From an uncultured Spirochaetota bacterium (GTDB lineage Bacteria > Spirochaetota > UBA4802 > UBA5550): a stretch of 64,000 nt of DNA. The stretch's first letter is position 1. The number at the start of each line of letters is the position of its first letter. The position numbers and the translations under genes were made by a program. A model generated the notes under the pieces. It was not told the origin of the DNA. It saw nothing but the letters and a program-made list of their open reading frames with translations, and ran no database searches. Shown one piece after another: positions 27,101 to 36,102 of this stretch. The stretch spans positions 64,001 to 128,000 of the forward strand of contig CAWHAA010000006.1 of assembly GCA_963827275.1 (NCBI GenBank), written 5' to 3'.

Positions 27101-28839
27101 AAGCGCCAGCGGTTCTTCTTGTAGACGAGCACCGCGTCTTCAATGAGCTGTTTCAGTATCTCGATGGCGAAGAAGGGATTGCCGCCGCTCTTCTGGAAAA
27201 TGAACTGGGAAATGCCGGCGGTCTGCTCTTCCGGCTCCAGGAGCAGGCCGGCGACGAACCGGTTCATGGTCGGTGCGTCGAACTGCTCCAGGTGTATGCG
27301 GGTGAGTGGGGCTTCCCTGGCCGCGATCTCGATATGGAGCTTTTCCAGGCCGTGGTCGTCGGTTATCTCGTCGTCGCGGTATACGCCGATGATGACAAGG
27401 GGATGGCGGGAAATGTCGTTCAGCAGCTCTGCAACGATGTTGAGGGTGCCCTCATCAGTCCACTGGAGGTTCTCAAGTACGATGACCAGGCCGCCGACCA
27501 GGTCGCTCAGTTTCAGCAGGAACTGGCTGATGATCATGTGGAAGCGCTTGTATTCCCGCTCCGGCTCAAGCGCCACCAGGGGCGGGGATTCGCCCATCAG
27601 CTCCGCCAGGGCGGGGTTGAGCTTGATGATAAGCTCCCCGAGGTTGTGGAACTCGTCCCTGATTGCTATCATAATGCTTTCCCTCTGGGACGGGGAGAGG
27701 TTATGGAAATTCGTCATGAAGGAGTCGAGCGCTTCCTGGAACGGCTTGTTGGGCACCTTGTTGCTCTGGATGGAGCATTTCCCCTCCACCAGGAGGCCGC
27801 CGGTCGCGTAAACGGAGCTTTTCAGCTCCTCGATCAGCCGCGTTTTGCCCGATCCGCCGCTGCCGGTGATGAAATAGACGGCGCCTGAACGTTCGCGCAG
27901 GCGGTCTATCACCGCGAGGAGCTGCCCCATCTCGCGTTCTCTGCCGATCAGCTTCGTACGGTAGCTGAGCTTCGTGAAGCGGTCATCGAGTCCGAGAATG
28001 AATTCCTGCTGCCCGGACAGGTACCGCTCCAGGTCGGCAAGAAGGCCGCGGGCGCTCTGGTACCTGTTCTCGGGCTCCTTCTCGAGGAGCTTCAGGACGA
28101 TGCGGTCCAGTATCGGAGGGGTGTCGGGGTTCAGTATGCTGGGCATCTCGGGGACCATGGCGATATGCTGGTGTATTATCGAGCAGATGTCGGGGCCCTC
28201 GAACGGCGCCATTCCGGTCAGGAGCTCGAAAAACAGGACGCCGAGTGAATAGAGGTCGCTCCGCTCGTCGATGTTCCGCTTCAGTATGCCGCACTGCTCC
28301 GGGGAGATGTACGCGAAGTTCCAGACGATCTCTTCGAAGGAGAGCGTGTCGCTGAAATCGCGCAGGTGCGAGAGGCCGAAACCGGTGATCTTCACCGTTT
28401 CGTTGTCGATCAGTATGTTCGCCGGCTTCAGGTCGCGGTGGATCAGGTTGCCCGCGTGCAGGGCCTCCAGCCCCCTGCATATCTGGATGACGATGTCGAC
28501 CGTCTGGCGCACTGAAAGGTATTTCTCGTTGATGATGTCCTGCAGGCTGGTGCCGGGGAAGTATTCCGTGGCCACGTAGAGCAGCTCGATGAATTCCCCC
28601 ACCTCGACGATCTTGATGATGTTCGGGTGGTCGATCTCGGAAACGGCGTTCGCCTCGATCCTGAAGCGGATGATGTCCTCTATCCGCTTGGATATGACGC
28701 TGTTCTTGAGAAATTTGAATATGTACCGCTGCTTCCCCTGTGTCAGGTCATGGGCAAGGTGCATGTGGCTGATGGCGTCCTCGCCAATGAGCCCTTCGAT
28801 CTGGTACCTGTTATGGACTATTTTGCCGTTTATTTCCAT
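24166..28839 (-). CDS. Multidomain regulator: Ser/Thr kinase-like, AAA/STAND ATPase, TPR, GAF, AraC HTH
   Basis: HRDLKPAN, YISPEQ, DLYSLG; GSGGSGKT; GGNPFF; TPR-like helices; SILCVP...YLDN GAF; IAFSVGFGSLRTFNKAF AraC. Start placed at MEING. Confidence 0.9.
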   Translation of the reverse strand: MEINGKIVHNRYQIEGLIGEDAISHMHLAHDLTQGKQRYIFKFLKNSVISKRIEDIIRFRIEANAVSEIDHPNIIKIVEVGEFIELLYVATEYFPGTSLQDIINEKYLSVRQTVDIVIQICRGLEALHAGNLIHRDLKPANILIDNETVKITGFGLSHLRDFSDTLSFEEIVWNFAYISPEQCGILKRNIDERSDLYSLGVLFFELLTGMAPFEGPDICSIIHQHIAMVPEMPSILNPDTPPILDRIVLKLLEKEPENRYQSARGLLADLERYLSGQQEFILGLDDRFTKLSYRTKLIGREREMGQLLAVIDRLRERSGAVYFITGSGGSGKTRLIEELKSSVYATGGLLVEGKCSIQSNKVPNKPFQEALDSFMTNFHNLSPSQRESIMIAIRDEFHNLGELIIKLNPALAELMGESPPLVALEPEREYKRFHMIISQFLLKLSDLVGGLVIVLENLQWTDEGTLNIVAELLNDISRHPLVIIGVYRDDEITDDHGLEKLHIEIAAREAPLTRIHLEQFDAPTMNRFVAGLLLEPEEQTAGISQFIFQKSGGNPFFAIEILKQLIEDAVLVYKKNRWRFDESKLGSVEISASSVDVILKRINRLNKNEKDILSGAAVMGEKFNMQLLFKMSDLDRTEIVRIIDKAIDLQLLVDLPTWGEIGFAHDRIKEAFYSNIRKDKRKKLHLAIADAIEINNKDDLSPVIFDLAHHFIEGGDTERAIIFTYPAGVMAMARYANEDALKYFMLTLKILEETGLAKTPQWTRIAVNISQIYMTVGKYDEAIQMLLKAAPLMNNTNKQADVYSNISAAYFRKGDWEQCEEYAIKAGKLLGERFTDNRRLIILTIVKEILLLSINLLLPGVLIRFRKEKTVENNKLRAKFSLPLLRTYLYSNTLKFARFTLRAHNVAISKIGKSPELGMATGGLANIFMAMTRFKLSERYHRNALAMRESLNDQWGAAQSYQWLGYCYQWSGRYRKSIDCFEESSRRFKNMGDIFETGNSCASLIHDYQLIGDYKSVSQHLDQYFTITSETSDFFGISMAWILSTPYFLETGDIETAESLGLAAYNYSKDARIQFTHCLSCIELGRVYLEKRDTRRSIELLEEALAIFRGNNFLKHYTVHLYSWLAEAYLAEYLIAPDMDKAGKKQALAKAGAFCAKSLAATRRWTSYYGMALLVNAKYCAVTGRKKRADRLFRASIDHNKKIERRFCVGRSYYEYGLYLSQTDAGIVAKNMLEMAYRIFTTIGAERRISELKGLLGITGESGEPSSLERRVDNERLSSIIQLARDISQISDTEQLMERILFKAVEITGAQRGCIYIANEKDELEKKAVFSTLGYDMAIDQYVLNMMREVYVTQEQIIMKDAREHPDIAGYDNARVNPKSILCVPINERDRSIGVCYLDNSLTSGIFTEKEADLLLTFLAHVAFATEIDSLSRKSQAPRQPEKKPVQSPMISEKIQKAIEYIHENYAYEISREGLASHIGLHHDNLGRYFKLYHGKKMNDYINELRINEAARKLQETDDKIIDIAFSVGFGSLRTFNKAFREIMKISPAYYRKKRSE

Positions 28840-28987
28840 CTGCGCTGTTTGTCGTCCTGGATAACTGGCGGTGCCGCTTCCCCTGTGCGCCAATAGTATA
28901 TATATACCATGCAAAATCGGTCAATCAGATTATCTGCGTAAATAATTTTTCGTTCTGGCGCCGTGTCAAGTTCGCGGGCGCGGGCGG

Positions 28988-29682
28988 TTACCGGGGACGG
29001 CCGGGGGATATCGTGATCTTGATCCTGAGCCGCCTCAGGTTGAAGGTGGTAAGCTTGTCGGGCCTGATCTTTATCAAATCGACATCGATATAGGTGGAGT
29101 CATCGACGTGGGGGGGATCCGCACCTCGAGCTGGGACGTGGTATGGATCCGGCCTATCCCGCGGCACACGTAGCATTTTTCCTCCTCCTTCGGACGGCTG
29201 CCCCTGCAGAGCGGGCAGATCATGCGGGCCGGCAGCTCGATGTAGGCCACAGCGCCCCTGGCGGCCTCGACCGGGGTGATCATGATCTCGATGTCCTGGC
29301 CGAAATTATTGATGATGTCATGCCGCTTCATCCCCTTCGGCGCGAGGTTCGCCTTCAGCATGCCGCCGAGTGTGGCGGAATACCGTATCCTCTTTTTCGA
29401 TATGATGGCGCACCCGCTGGGATCAATCGTGCGTGAATTGAAAAGGACGCGGTCGTATTCGAGGCGCATGTCATCGTCGGTGAGGATGCGGTAGCCCCGT
29501 ATGATCAGGTCGAGCTTTTCCGTGAGGTTTTTAGAGCCGGCCGCCGCCGTGTCGGGGTGGTAGCGCTTGATCAGGTCGCGGAAGGCGGATCTGATCTCGT
29601 CAGCACGGGCCGTACGCGGGAGGTTGAAGATCGTGTAGAAGTCTATCACCACGCCGTTCTTGTCATAGCATGACAGGATCAT
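28988..29682 (-). CDS. DnaJ-domain protein with a partial zinc finger, frameshifted at a G7 run (29110-29116)
   Basis: YHPD J-domain; CPLCRG and CYVCRGIG; C-terminus PHVDDSTYIDVDL... continues in another frame. Confidence 0.8.
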
Positions 29683-29703
29683 TGACCGCTCCTCCGCCCC
29701 GCG

Positions 29704-31386
29704 TCAACCGCAGCCGCCCTGCGGCGCCGCGGTCTCCTGGAGCGCCGCCCCGTAGGTGGCATAGCCGCCGCTCAGGTTGTACACGTCATCGTATCCGTTC
29801 TGCGACAGGGTCCGCGCCGCGACATAGCCGCGCAGGCCCACGGCGCAGAAGATGACGATGGTTTTCTCTCTGGGCAGTGACGCGAGGCTGCTGCGAAGCT
29901 CGTCAACCGGGATGTTGACCGATCCCGGGATGGTGCCGGCCCTGTGTTCGCCGGGGGTCCTCACGTCGAGAAGGACGGTCCGGGCCATATCGAGCCGGGC
30001 GATATCATGCCAGTGAAGGACCTTCACCAGGCCGCTCAGGATGTTGTCGGCGACAAAACCGGCCATGTTCACCGGGTCCTTCGCCGAGGAGTACGGCGGC
30101 GCGTATGCGTGATCGAATTCGGTCAGGTCGCCCACCGTACCCTTCATGCCGATGTGCGACGCAAGCACGTCTATCCGCTTGTCGACCCCGTCGTACCCGA
30201 CTACCTGGGCGCCCAGGAGGGCGCCTTTGTCCGGGGAAAAGAGGAGCTTTACCGACATCTGGCGTGCTCCCGGGTAATAGGTGGCGTGTGAAGCGCTGTG
30301 GGTGATGGAGGCCAGGTAGGGGACGTTGTTCGCCGCGAGCAGCTTCTCCGGGGCCCCGGTCGATGCGACCGTGAGGTCGAAGACCCGGGCCACGGCGGTC
30401 GCGATGCTCCCCGCGTATTTTTTTTCGTTTCCCGAGATGATGTTGTCCGCCGCCAGGCGGCCCTGCTTGTTCGCCGGGCCCGCCAGGTACGTGATCACCG
30501 GGGCGTGCGTTACCGGGTGGGCGAATTCGATCGCGTCGCCCACGGCATATATCGCCGGGTCGGAGGTCTGCAGAAAGTCGTTCACGGCGATGCCGCCGCG
30601 CGGGCCCAGCGCAAGACCGGCGGCCTTCGCGAGGGACGTGTCGGGCCGCACGCCGATCGAGAGGATAACGAGGCCCGATGGGACCTCCCTGCCGCTGGCA
30701 AGGCGGGTGACGATGCTGCCTCCCTTCTTTTCGAAGGATTGCACGCCGTCTTTAAGGAGCAGGTTGACGCACTTTGCCCTGACGTGGTGGTGCACGATGG
30801 CCGCCATCTCGAAGTCGAGGTTCGCCATGATCTGGTCGGCCATTTCGATCACGGTCACTGCCATGCCGAGACCGTGAAGGTTCTCCGCCATCTCGATGCC
30901 GATGAAGCCGCCGCCCACGACCGTGACGCTCTTCGGTCTTTTGTCCCGGATGTAGCTCCATATCCGGTCGGTGTCGTCCACGTTGCGGAGGGTGAAGATT
31001 CCCTCCGTGTCTATGCCGGGTATGGGGGGCCGTACCGGCTCCGCGCCGGGGGAGAGCACCAGCCGGTCGTAGCCCTCCCGGTATGTGTTCCCCGTGGCCA
31101 GGTCCTTTACCTCGACCTGCGATGCCGCGCGGTCTATGCGGAGCACCTCTGAATTGACGCGCACATCGATGTTGAACCTGTTCCGGAAGCCCTGCGGCGT
31201 CTGCACGAAGAGCCTGCTGCGTTCGGGGATCACGCCGCCGAGGTAGTAGGGGAGCCCGCAGTTGGCGTAAGAAACGTATCCGCCCCGCTCGAAGATAATG
31301 ATTTCCGCGTGCTCGTCCAGGCGCCGCAGGCGCGCCGCCGCTGTCGCGCCCCCGGCCACGCCCCCGATTACGAGATATCGTGCCAT
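29704..31386 (-). CDS. CoA-disulfide/persulfide reductase with a C-terminal rhodanese domain
   Basis: GGVAGG, SYANCGLPY, GGGFIG, YAPPYS; rhodanese LDVR...FCAVGLRG. Confidence 0.92.
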   Translation of the reverse strand: MARYLVIGGVAGGATAAARLRRLDEHAEIIIFERGGYVSYANCGLPYYLGGVIPERSRLFVQTPQGFRNRFNIDVRVNSEVLRIDRAASQVEVKDLATGNTYREGYDRLVLSPGAEPVRPPIPGIDTEGIFTLRNVDDTDRIWSYIRDKRPKSVTVVGGGFIGIEMAENLHGLGMAVTVIEMADQIMANLDFEMAAIVHHHVRAKCVNLLLKDGVQSFEKKGGSIVTRLASGREVPSGLVILSIGVRPDTSLAKAAGLALGPRGGIAVNDFLQTSDPAIYAVGDAIEFAHPVTHAPVITYLAGPANKQGRLAADNIISGNEKKYAGSIATAVARVFDLTVASTGAPEKLLAANNVPYLASITHSASHATYYPGARQMSVKLLFSPDKGALLGAQVVGYDGVDKRIDVLASHIGMKGTVGDLTEFDHAYAPPYSSAKDPVNMAGFVADNILSGLVKVLHWHDIARLDMARTVLLDVRTPGEHRAGTIPGSVNIPVDELRSSLASLPREKTIVIFCAVGLRGYVAARTLSQNGYDDVYNLSGGYATYGAALQETAAPQGGCG

Positions 31387-31562
31387 TGCATGCTCCAGTG
31401 AAATGAAAGTGTCCTGCCGTGTACCGGCCCCGGGACAGGACCGGGCAGATAGCGGACTGGTACTTACTTCAGTAATACCGCATACGACTGCTGCCTGTCA
31501 ACGATTTATATGATGGAAAAGAATGCCTGGTCTGACGGGGAATCAGAAGCGTGTGGTACTGG

Positions 31563-32420
31563 CTATGACCCGAAAAATTCCGATAAAAGGTCCGTGATTT
31601 CCACCGGACGTTCCTGCGGGATAAGGTGTCCCGCGGTTTGTATCAGGCGGTGGGAGCCGTTCGGGAGAAGGGACGCGACCTTCGGAAGGTCGATATAGGA
31701 GCGGTTTTCGCTCGCCTCGCCTTCGACGATCATCACCGGGCACGTGATGCTCGCAAGAACAGGCCACGGGTCGAACTGGAGGCCGCCCATGAACAACGCG
31801 GCCTCGCGCCGTGGATGGCATGCCAGCACCAGGCCGCCCCCGTCGCCGGAAATCATGCCGTATTTCACGTAGAGGTCCATCATCCCCGCGTCCCATTTCT
31901 CGAACATCTTTTTTGACGAGAGATAGCTCCTGGCGTCCGCCTCGCTGTCCCAGCCGTTGCGGCGCTTTATCGACCTCGAAGCCAGCGGGTGTTGTTCCAC
32001 GGCGAGTCCGGTCCGGTAGATCGCCTCGGGGAGAAAGATCGGCTCGATCAGCACCATCTTCTCCGCGGCAAGGCCTTCCGTGGCGCTGGCGATCGCCGTG
32101 ACCGTCGCGCCCATGCTGTGACCGGCCATGTAGGGCCTCTCGAGGCCGAGCCCGCGGCACAGGGCGGCCAGGTCTGAAGCGAGGAGCTTCCAGCTCAGGC
32201 CGCCCTCCTCGGGCTCTGCGGACCGATGATCGCAGAAGTAGGGGGCGATGATGCGGAAGCGCGGCCAGAGGGCCTGCGCGATCGGGTGCCAGAGCCAGGG
32301 GAGGAACCCCGTGGCGTGAAGGAGCACGAGGGCCGGTCCTTCCGACGGATAATGGAGGTACTGTATCTCGATGCCGCCGATGTCCTGGCGCAGTATTTCA
32401 GGCTCAATGCGGACCGACAT
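31563..32420 (-). CDS. Alpha/beta hydrolase
   Basis: LHATGF, GHSMG nucleophile elbow, GHLIPQE. Confidence 0.9.
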   Translation of the reverse strand: MSVRIEPEILRQDIGGIEIQYLHYPSEGPALVLLHATGFLPWLWHPIAQALWPRFRIIAPYFCDHRSAEPEEGGLSWKLLASDLAALCRGLGLERPYMAGHSMGATVTAIASATEGLAAEKMVLIEPIFLPEAIYRTGLAVEQHPLASRSIKRRNGWDSEADARSYLSSKKMFEKWDAGMMDLYVKYGMISGDGGGLVLACHPRREAALFMGGLQFDPWPVLASITCPVMIVEGEASENRSYIDLPKVASLLPNGSHRLIQTAGHLIPQERPVEITDLLSEFFGS

Positions 32421-32425
32421 GACGC

Positions 32426-32812
32426 TCAAACCTTTCTGGCGTCGCCCGACAGGGGACGGATGCCGATGATCTTGAAGTAGACGAGGAACCGGTCTTTCCC
32501 TCCCTCGTCATCCGAGTCGGCCCGCTTTTTTCTCCGCAGCTCTTCTATGAGCGGGCTGTTCCTCTCTTCGCCGCATTTTTCTATATAGAGGCGCGTCCCG
32601 TGGAAGCCGTCGTCTTCCTTGAAGAGGTAGACCGCCTTCGGGTTTGACTGGAGGTTCTTGTGGCTCCGCTTGTCCGCCATGATGAACGCGATGGTCTCAA
32701 AATCGATGCAGTGGGGCCGTGAATAGAGAGCGGCGTCGACATTGCCGTCGGAATCGGCGGTTGAGAGGATGCCAAAACCGCGCGCGGTCTCAAAATATTC
32801 TTTCATTTCCAT
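32426..32812 (-). CDS. Pyridoxamine 5'-phosphate oxidase-like FMN-binding protein
   Basis: LSTADSDG.V.AA.YSRP...HKNLQSNPKA pattern. Confidence 0.8.
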   Translation of the reverse strand: MEMKEYFETARGFGILSTADSDGNVDAALYSRPHCIDFETIAFIMADKRSHKNLQSNPKAVYLFKEDDGFHGTRLYIEKCGEERNSPLIEELRRKKRADSDDEGGKDRFLVYFKIIGIRPLSGDARKV

Positions 32813-32884
32813 AGATGCTTCCCTTAATTATAAAAAGAGGCCATGGTCATTGTCCTGTCAAGATTAAATTCGACGGGACGCGCA

Positions 32885-33892
32885 TCAGGACTGCTTCGTG
32901 TCGGTGCAGACGGGATCCAGCATTCCCTGGGACCGGAACCATTCCAGGGTGTCGCGGACGGTCTCCTCGATCGGACGGGTACGGTAGCCCAGCTCGCGCG
33001 CGGCCTTCTCGTGGGAGATGGAGCGGTGGCTCTCAAGGGTCTTGAGGGCGATGGGAGTGAATTTCGTTGTCAGCTTGAGCGATTTCGCCACCGCGGTCAC
33101 ACAGTACGCGGGCATCCGGCAGAGCCACAGGGGCGTCGCAAACTGCGGGGTCTTTCGGCAGAAGGCCTCTGAAACTATCCGGGCGATTTCGCACACGTGG
33201 TGCCAGCCCCCGCTCGCCAGGTAGCATTCCCCGGGCCGTCCCTTCTCCGCCGCCGCGAGCGCGCAGGCCGCCACGTCCCGCGCGTCGACCCAGTCGTACC
33301 CGCCGTCTATGAGGACAGGATAGCGGTTATGGTATATGCTGAGGAGCACCTCGCCCATGCGCGACGGCTTGAAATCCATGGGCCCGAGCACTGCGGTGGG
33401 ATTGACCACCACCGCGTTGAGCCCGCGGTCGACCGATTTCATCACTTCGAGCTGGCTCAGCGCCTTGGAGCGGTCATAAGGAAACGCGTTTTTACCAAGG
33501 GCGAGCGCCCGTGTTTCATCTATGGTCTCGCTTTCGGGGTATGACGAAAAAGCGTGGATCGAGCTGAAATGGACCAGCCTCCGTACGCGGTTTTTAATGC
33601 ACGCCTCGATCACGTTGCGGGTGCCCCCGATATTGATCCTGTCGACCATGCCCCCCTCGTCGCCGATGATGGAGATCATCGCCGCCGCGTGGAACACCGT
33701 GTCGGCGCCGTCGCATAATTTCATGAGCGAGTCGGTATCCAGCACGTCCCCGGTGACGATCTCCACGTCAAGCCCCTGGATGGCCCTGAGGTCTTTGCGC
33801 GCGAGCACGCGCACGGCACTTCCCCCGTCAAGGAGGGCGCGCACAAGGTTGGCCCCCACATGGCCGGTGGCGCCGGTTACTGCAACTGTCAT
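32885..33892 (-). CDS. NAD-dependent epimerase/dehydratase (extended SDR, HpnA/DFR-like)
   Basis: TGATGHVG, HFSSI, YDRSK. Confidence 0.92.
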   Translation of the reverse strand: MTVAVTGATGHVGANLVRALLDGGSAVRVLARKDLRAIQGLDVEIVTGDVLDTDSLMKLCDGADTVFHAAAMISIIGDEGGMVDRINIGGTRNVIEACIKNRVRRLVHFSSIHAFSSYPESETIDETRALALGKNAFPYDRSKALSQLEVMKSVDRGLNAVVVNPTAVLGPMDFKPSRMGEVLLSIYHNRYPVLIDGGYDWVDARDVAACALAAAEKGRPGECYLASGGWHHVCEIARIVSEAFCRKTPQFATPLWLCRMPAYCVTAVAKSLKLTTKFTPIALKTLESHRSISHEKAARELGYRTRPIEETVRDTLEWFRSQGMLDPVCTDTKQS

Positions 33893-34161
33893 GGCACGGT
33901 ACCTCTCGTAGCCCCGCGCCGGGTGATATCTCGAAAACAGTGCGGCGCGGCAGGCGTAAAAATTATTCCCTATTGTAGTCCGGAGCCTCAGAAATCAAGT
34001 TAAAAATGATTCCGGCGCCAATCATTGCCGTGAATGCGCGCTTCCTGAAGCTACGGGGTCGCCGGCCGAACAATAAAAATGGCATGCCGGATAAAAAATA
34101 CTTGCAAAACCGGGCGTTCGAATTTGTACATTAAGAAGTTTTTTTACATGGAGGGACCGCT

Positions 34162-35079
34162 ACGAGCGTACTTGATGCGATTGGAAACACTCCCATGGTC
34201 GGCATTAACCGGATCTGGGATGAAAGTGAAACCGGGGTGCGCATCCTTGCCAAACTCGAAGGGGCGAACCCGGGCGGCTCGGTAAAAGACCGGCCGGCGT
34301 ATTACATGATCAAGAAGGCCATAGAGTCGGGAGAGCTCACCAGGGACAAGGTGATACTGGAGCCGACGTCCGGCAACACGGGAATCGGCATGGCGATGAT
34401 TGCATCGGCCATGGGCTACAGGATAAAGCTGACCATGCCCTCGTGCGTGAGCGAAGAGCGCCGCTCGATTCTTATCGCCATGGGGGCGGAGCTTGAGCTC
34501 ACCCCGGGCTGCGACAAGACTGACGGCGCCATCACGCGGGCGCACCATATAGTGGACCACTTCCACGAAAAGTACTACATGCCCAACCAGTTCGGGAACC
34601 CGGCCAACTGGATGGCCCATTATGAGACCACCGCGCCTGAAATAGTGCGGGACACGAAGGGGGAGGTGGACTTCTTCGTCGCCGGCATGGGCACCACCGG
34701 GACGCTGATGGGCTGTTCCCGCTACTTCAGGGAGCACAATCCGAGGACGAAGGCCGTGGGCATTGAGCCGGTGCTGAACCACCGGATACAGGGATTGAAG
34801 AACATGAACGAGTCAATCGTGCCCGCCATCTATGACCCGGCATTGCTTGACCGCAAAATCGTATGCACGGACGATGATGCGTTTGACACGACACGCAACC
34901 TGGCCCTCATGGAGGGGCTCTTCTGCGGGATGTCGAGCGGCGCCGCAATGTGGGGCGCCATGGCCGTGGCGAGGGACCTGCCGCGCGGCGCCACCGTGGT
35001 CGTCCTTTTCCCGGACCGCGGCGACCGGTATCTGTCGACCGAGGTCTTCAGGTCCGTGTGCGCCATCTGCCCGCCCTGA
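34162..35079 (+). CDS. cysM: PLP-dependent cysteine synthase (CysK/CysM family); start codon uncertain (ACG at 34162 or ATG at 34195)
   Basis: SVLDAIGNTP, NPGGSVKDR, PTSGNTG, GMGTTGT, FPDRGDRYLS. Confidence 0.88.
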   Translation, partial: TSVLDAIGNTPMVGINRIWDESETGVRILAKLEGANPGGSVKDRPAYYMIKKAIESGELTRDKVILEPTSGNTGIGMAMIASAMGYRIKLTMPSCVSEERRSILIAMGAELELTPGCDKTDGAITRAHHIVDHFHEKYYMPNQFGNPANWMAHYETTAPEIVRDTKGEVDFFVAGMGTTGTLMGCSRYFREHNPRTKAVGIEPVLNHRIQGLKNMNESIVPAIYDPALLDRKIVCTDDDAFDTTRNLALMEGLFCGMSSGAAMWGAMAVARDLPRGATVVVLFPDRGDRYLSTEVFRSVCAICPP

Positions 35080-35144
35080 TGAGGAATTGAACCGTTCGCA
35101 TCGGCGTTGTGCGTCACATCATACGACAGATACAGGAGGCGCAT

Positions 35145-36101
35145 ATGAAATGCGGCATCAACAGCAACGAAGGCGACCGCCTGTCGGAAGAAGACATCAA
35201 CGCCATAGTGCGCGAGCTCTGCGCGCCGGAGTCCTACCGCGCGGTGTACCACCGCACCTACCATGACTTCCCCATGCCGTCCGTGGATGCGCTCAGGGAG
35301 ACGGTGGACCTTGTCAAGTCCGTCCTCTTCCCCGGCTATTTCATCAATTCAGACGTCAGGCCGGAGACGATGAAATACCATATCGGATCAACGCTTGAAC
35401 GGATTTATCTTCACCTCGCGGAGCAGATCAAGCGGGGGTACTGCTTTTCGTGCGCGGACGCGGGTGATACTGACCATGAATGCGAAGACTGCGAGCGCCG
35501 TTCAAAGGAAGTCGCTTCGAAGTTCCTCCAGTCGCTCACCCGGCTCAGGCGATTGCTCACCCTGGATGCGCAGGCTGCGTACAGCGGCGACCCGGCGGCA
35601 AAGGGGGTCGGAGAGACCATCTTCTGCTATCCAAGCATCACGGCGCTCGCCAACCACCGCATCGCCCATGAGCTCTACTGCCTGGAGGTGCCGCTCATCC
35701 CCCGGATCATATCGGAGATGGCCCATTCTGAGACCGGCATCGATATCCATCCCGGGGCGAAGATCGGCGAGTCCTTCTTCATTGACCACGGCACCGGCAC
35801 GGTCATCGGAGAGACCGCCGTCATCGGCAGCAATGTAAGGATCTACCAGGGGGTGACCCTGGGAGCGAAGAGCTTTCCCCTTGACCCGTCGGGGAACCCG
35901 ATCAAGGGGGTGCCGCGGCATCCCATCGTCGAGGACGACGTCATCATCTATTCCGGCGCGACCATCCTCGGCCGCGTGACGATCGGGAAGGGCGCGGAGG
36001 TGGGGGGCAATGTATGGCTTACCCGCGACGTGCCGGCAGGCGCCCGCATAGTGCAGGGGAGGCCGGAGGAGAGCCTTTTCAGGGACGGGCTGGGAATCTG
36101 A
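35145..36101 (+). CDS. cysE: Serine O-acetyltransferase
   Basis: GDPAA, DIHPGA, FFIDHGTG.VIGET, YQGVTLG, RHP; AGGAGG RBS. Confidence 0.93.
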   Translation: MKCGINSNEGDRLSEEDINAIVRELCAPESYRAVYHRTYHDFPMPSVDALRETVDLVKSVLFPGYFINSDVRPETMKYHIGSTLERIYLHLAEQIKRGYCFSCADAGDTDHECEDCERRSKEVASKFLQSLTRLRRLLTLDAQAAYSGDPAAKGVGETIFCYPSITALANHRIAHELYCLEVPLIPRIISEMAHSETGIDIHPGAKIGESFFIDHGTGTVIGETAVIGSNVRIYQGVTLGAKSFPLDPSGNPIKGVPRHPIVEDDVIIYSGATILGRVTIGKGAEVGGNVWLTRDVPAGARIVQGRPEESLFRDGLGI

Positions 36102-36102
36102 C

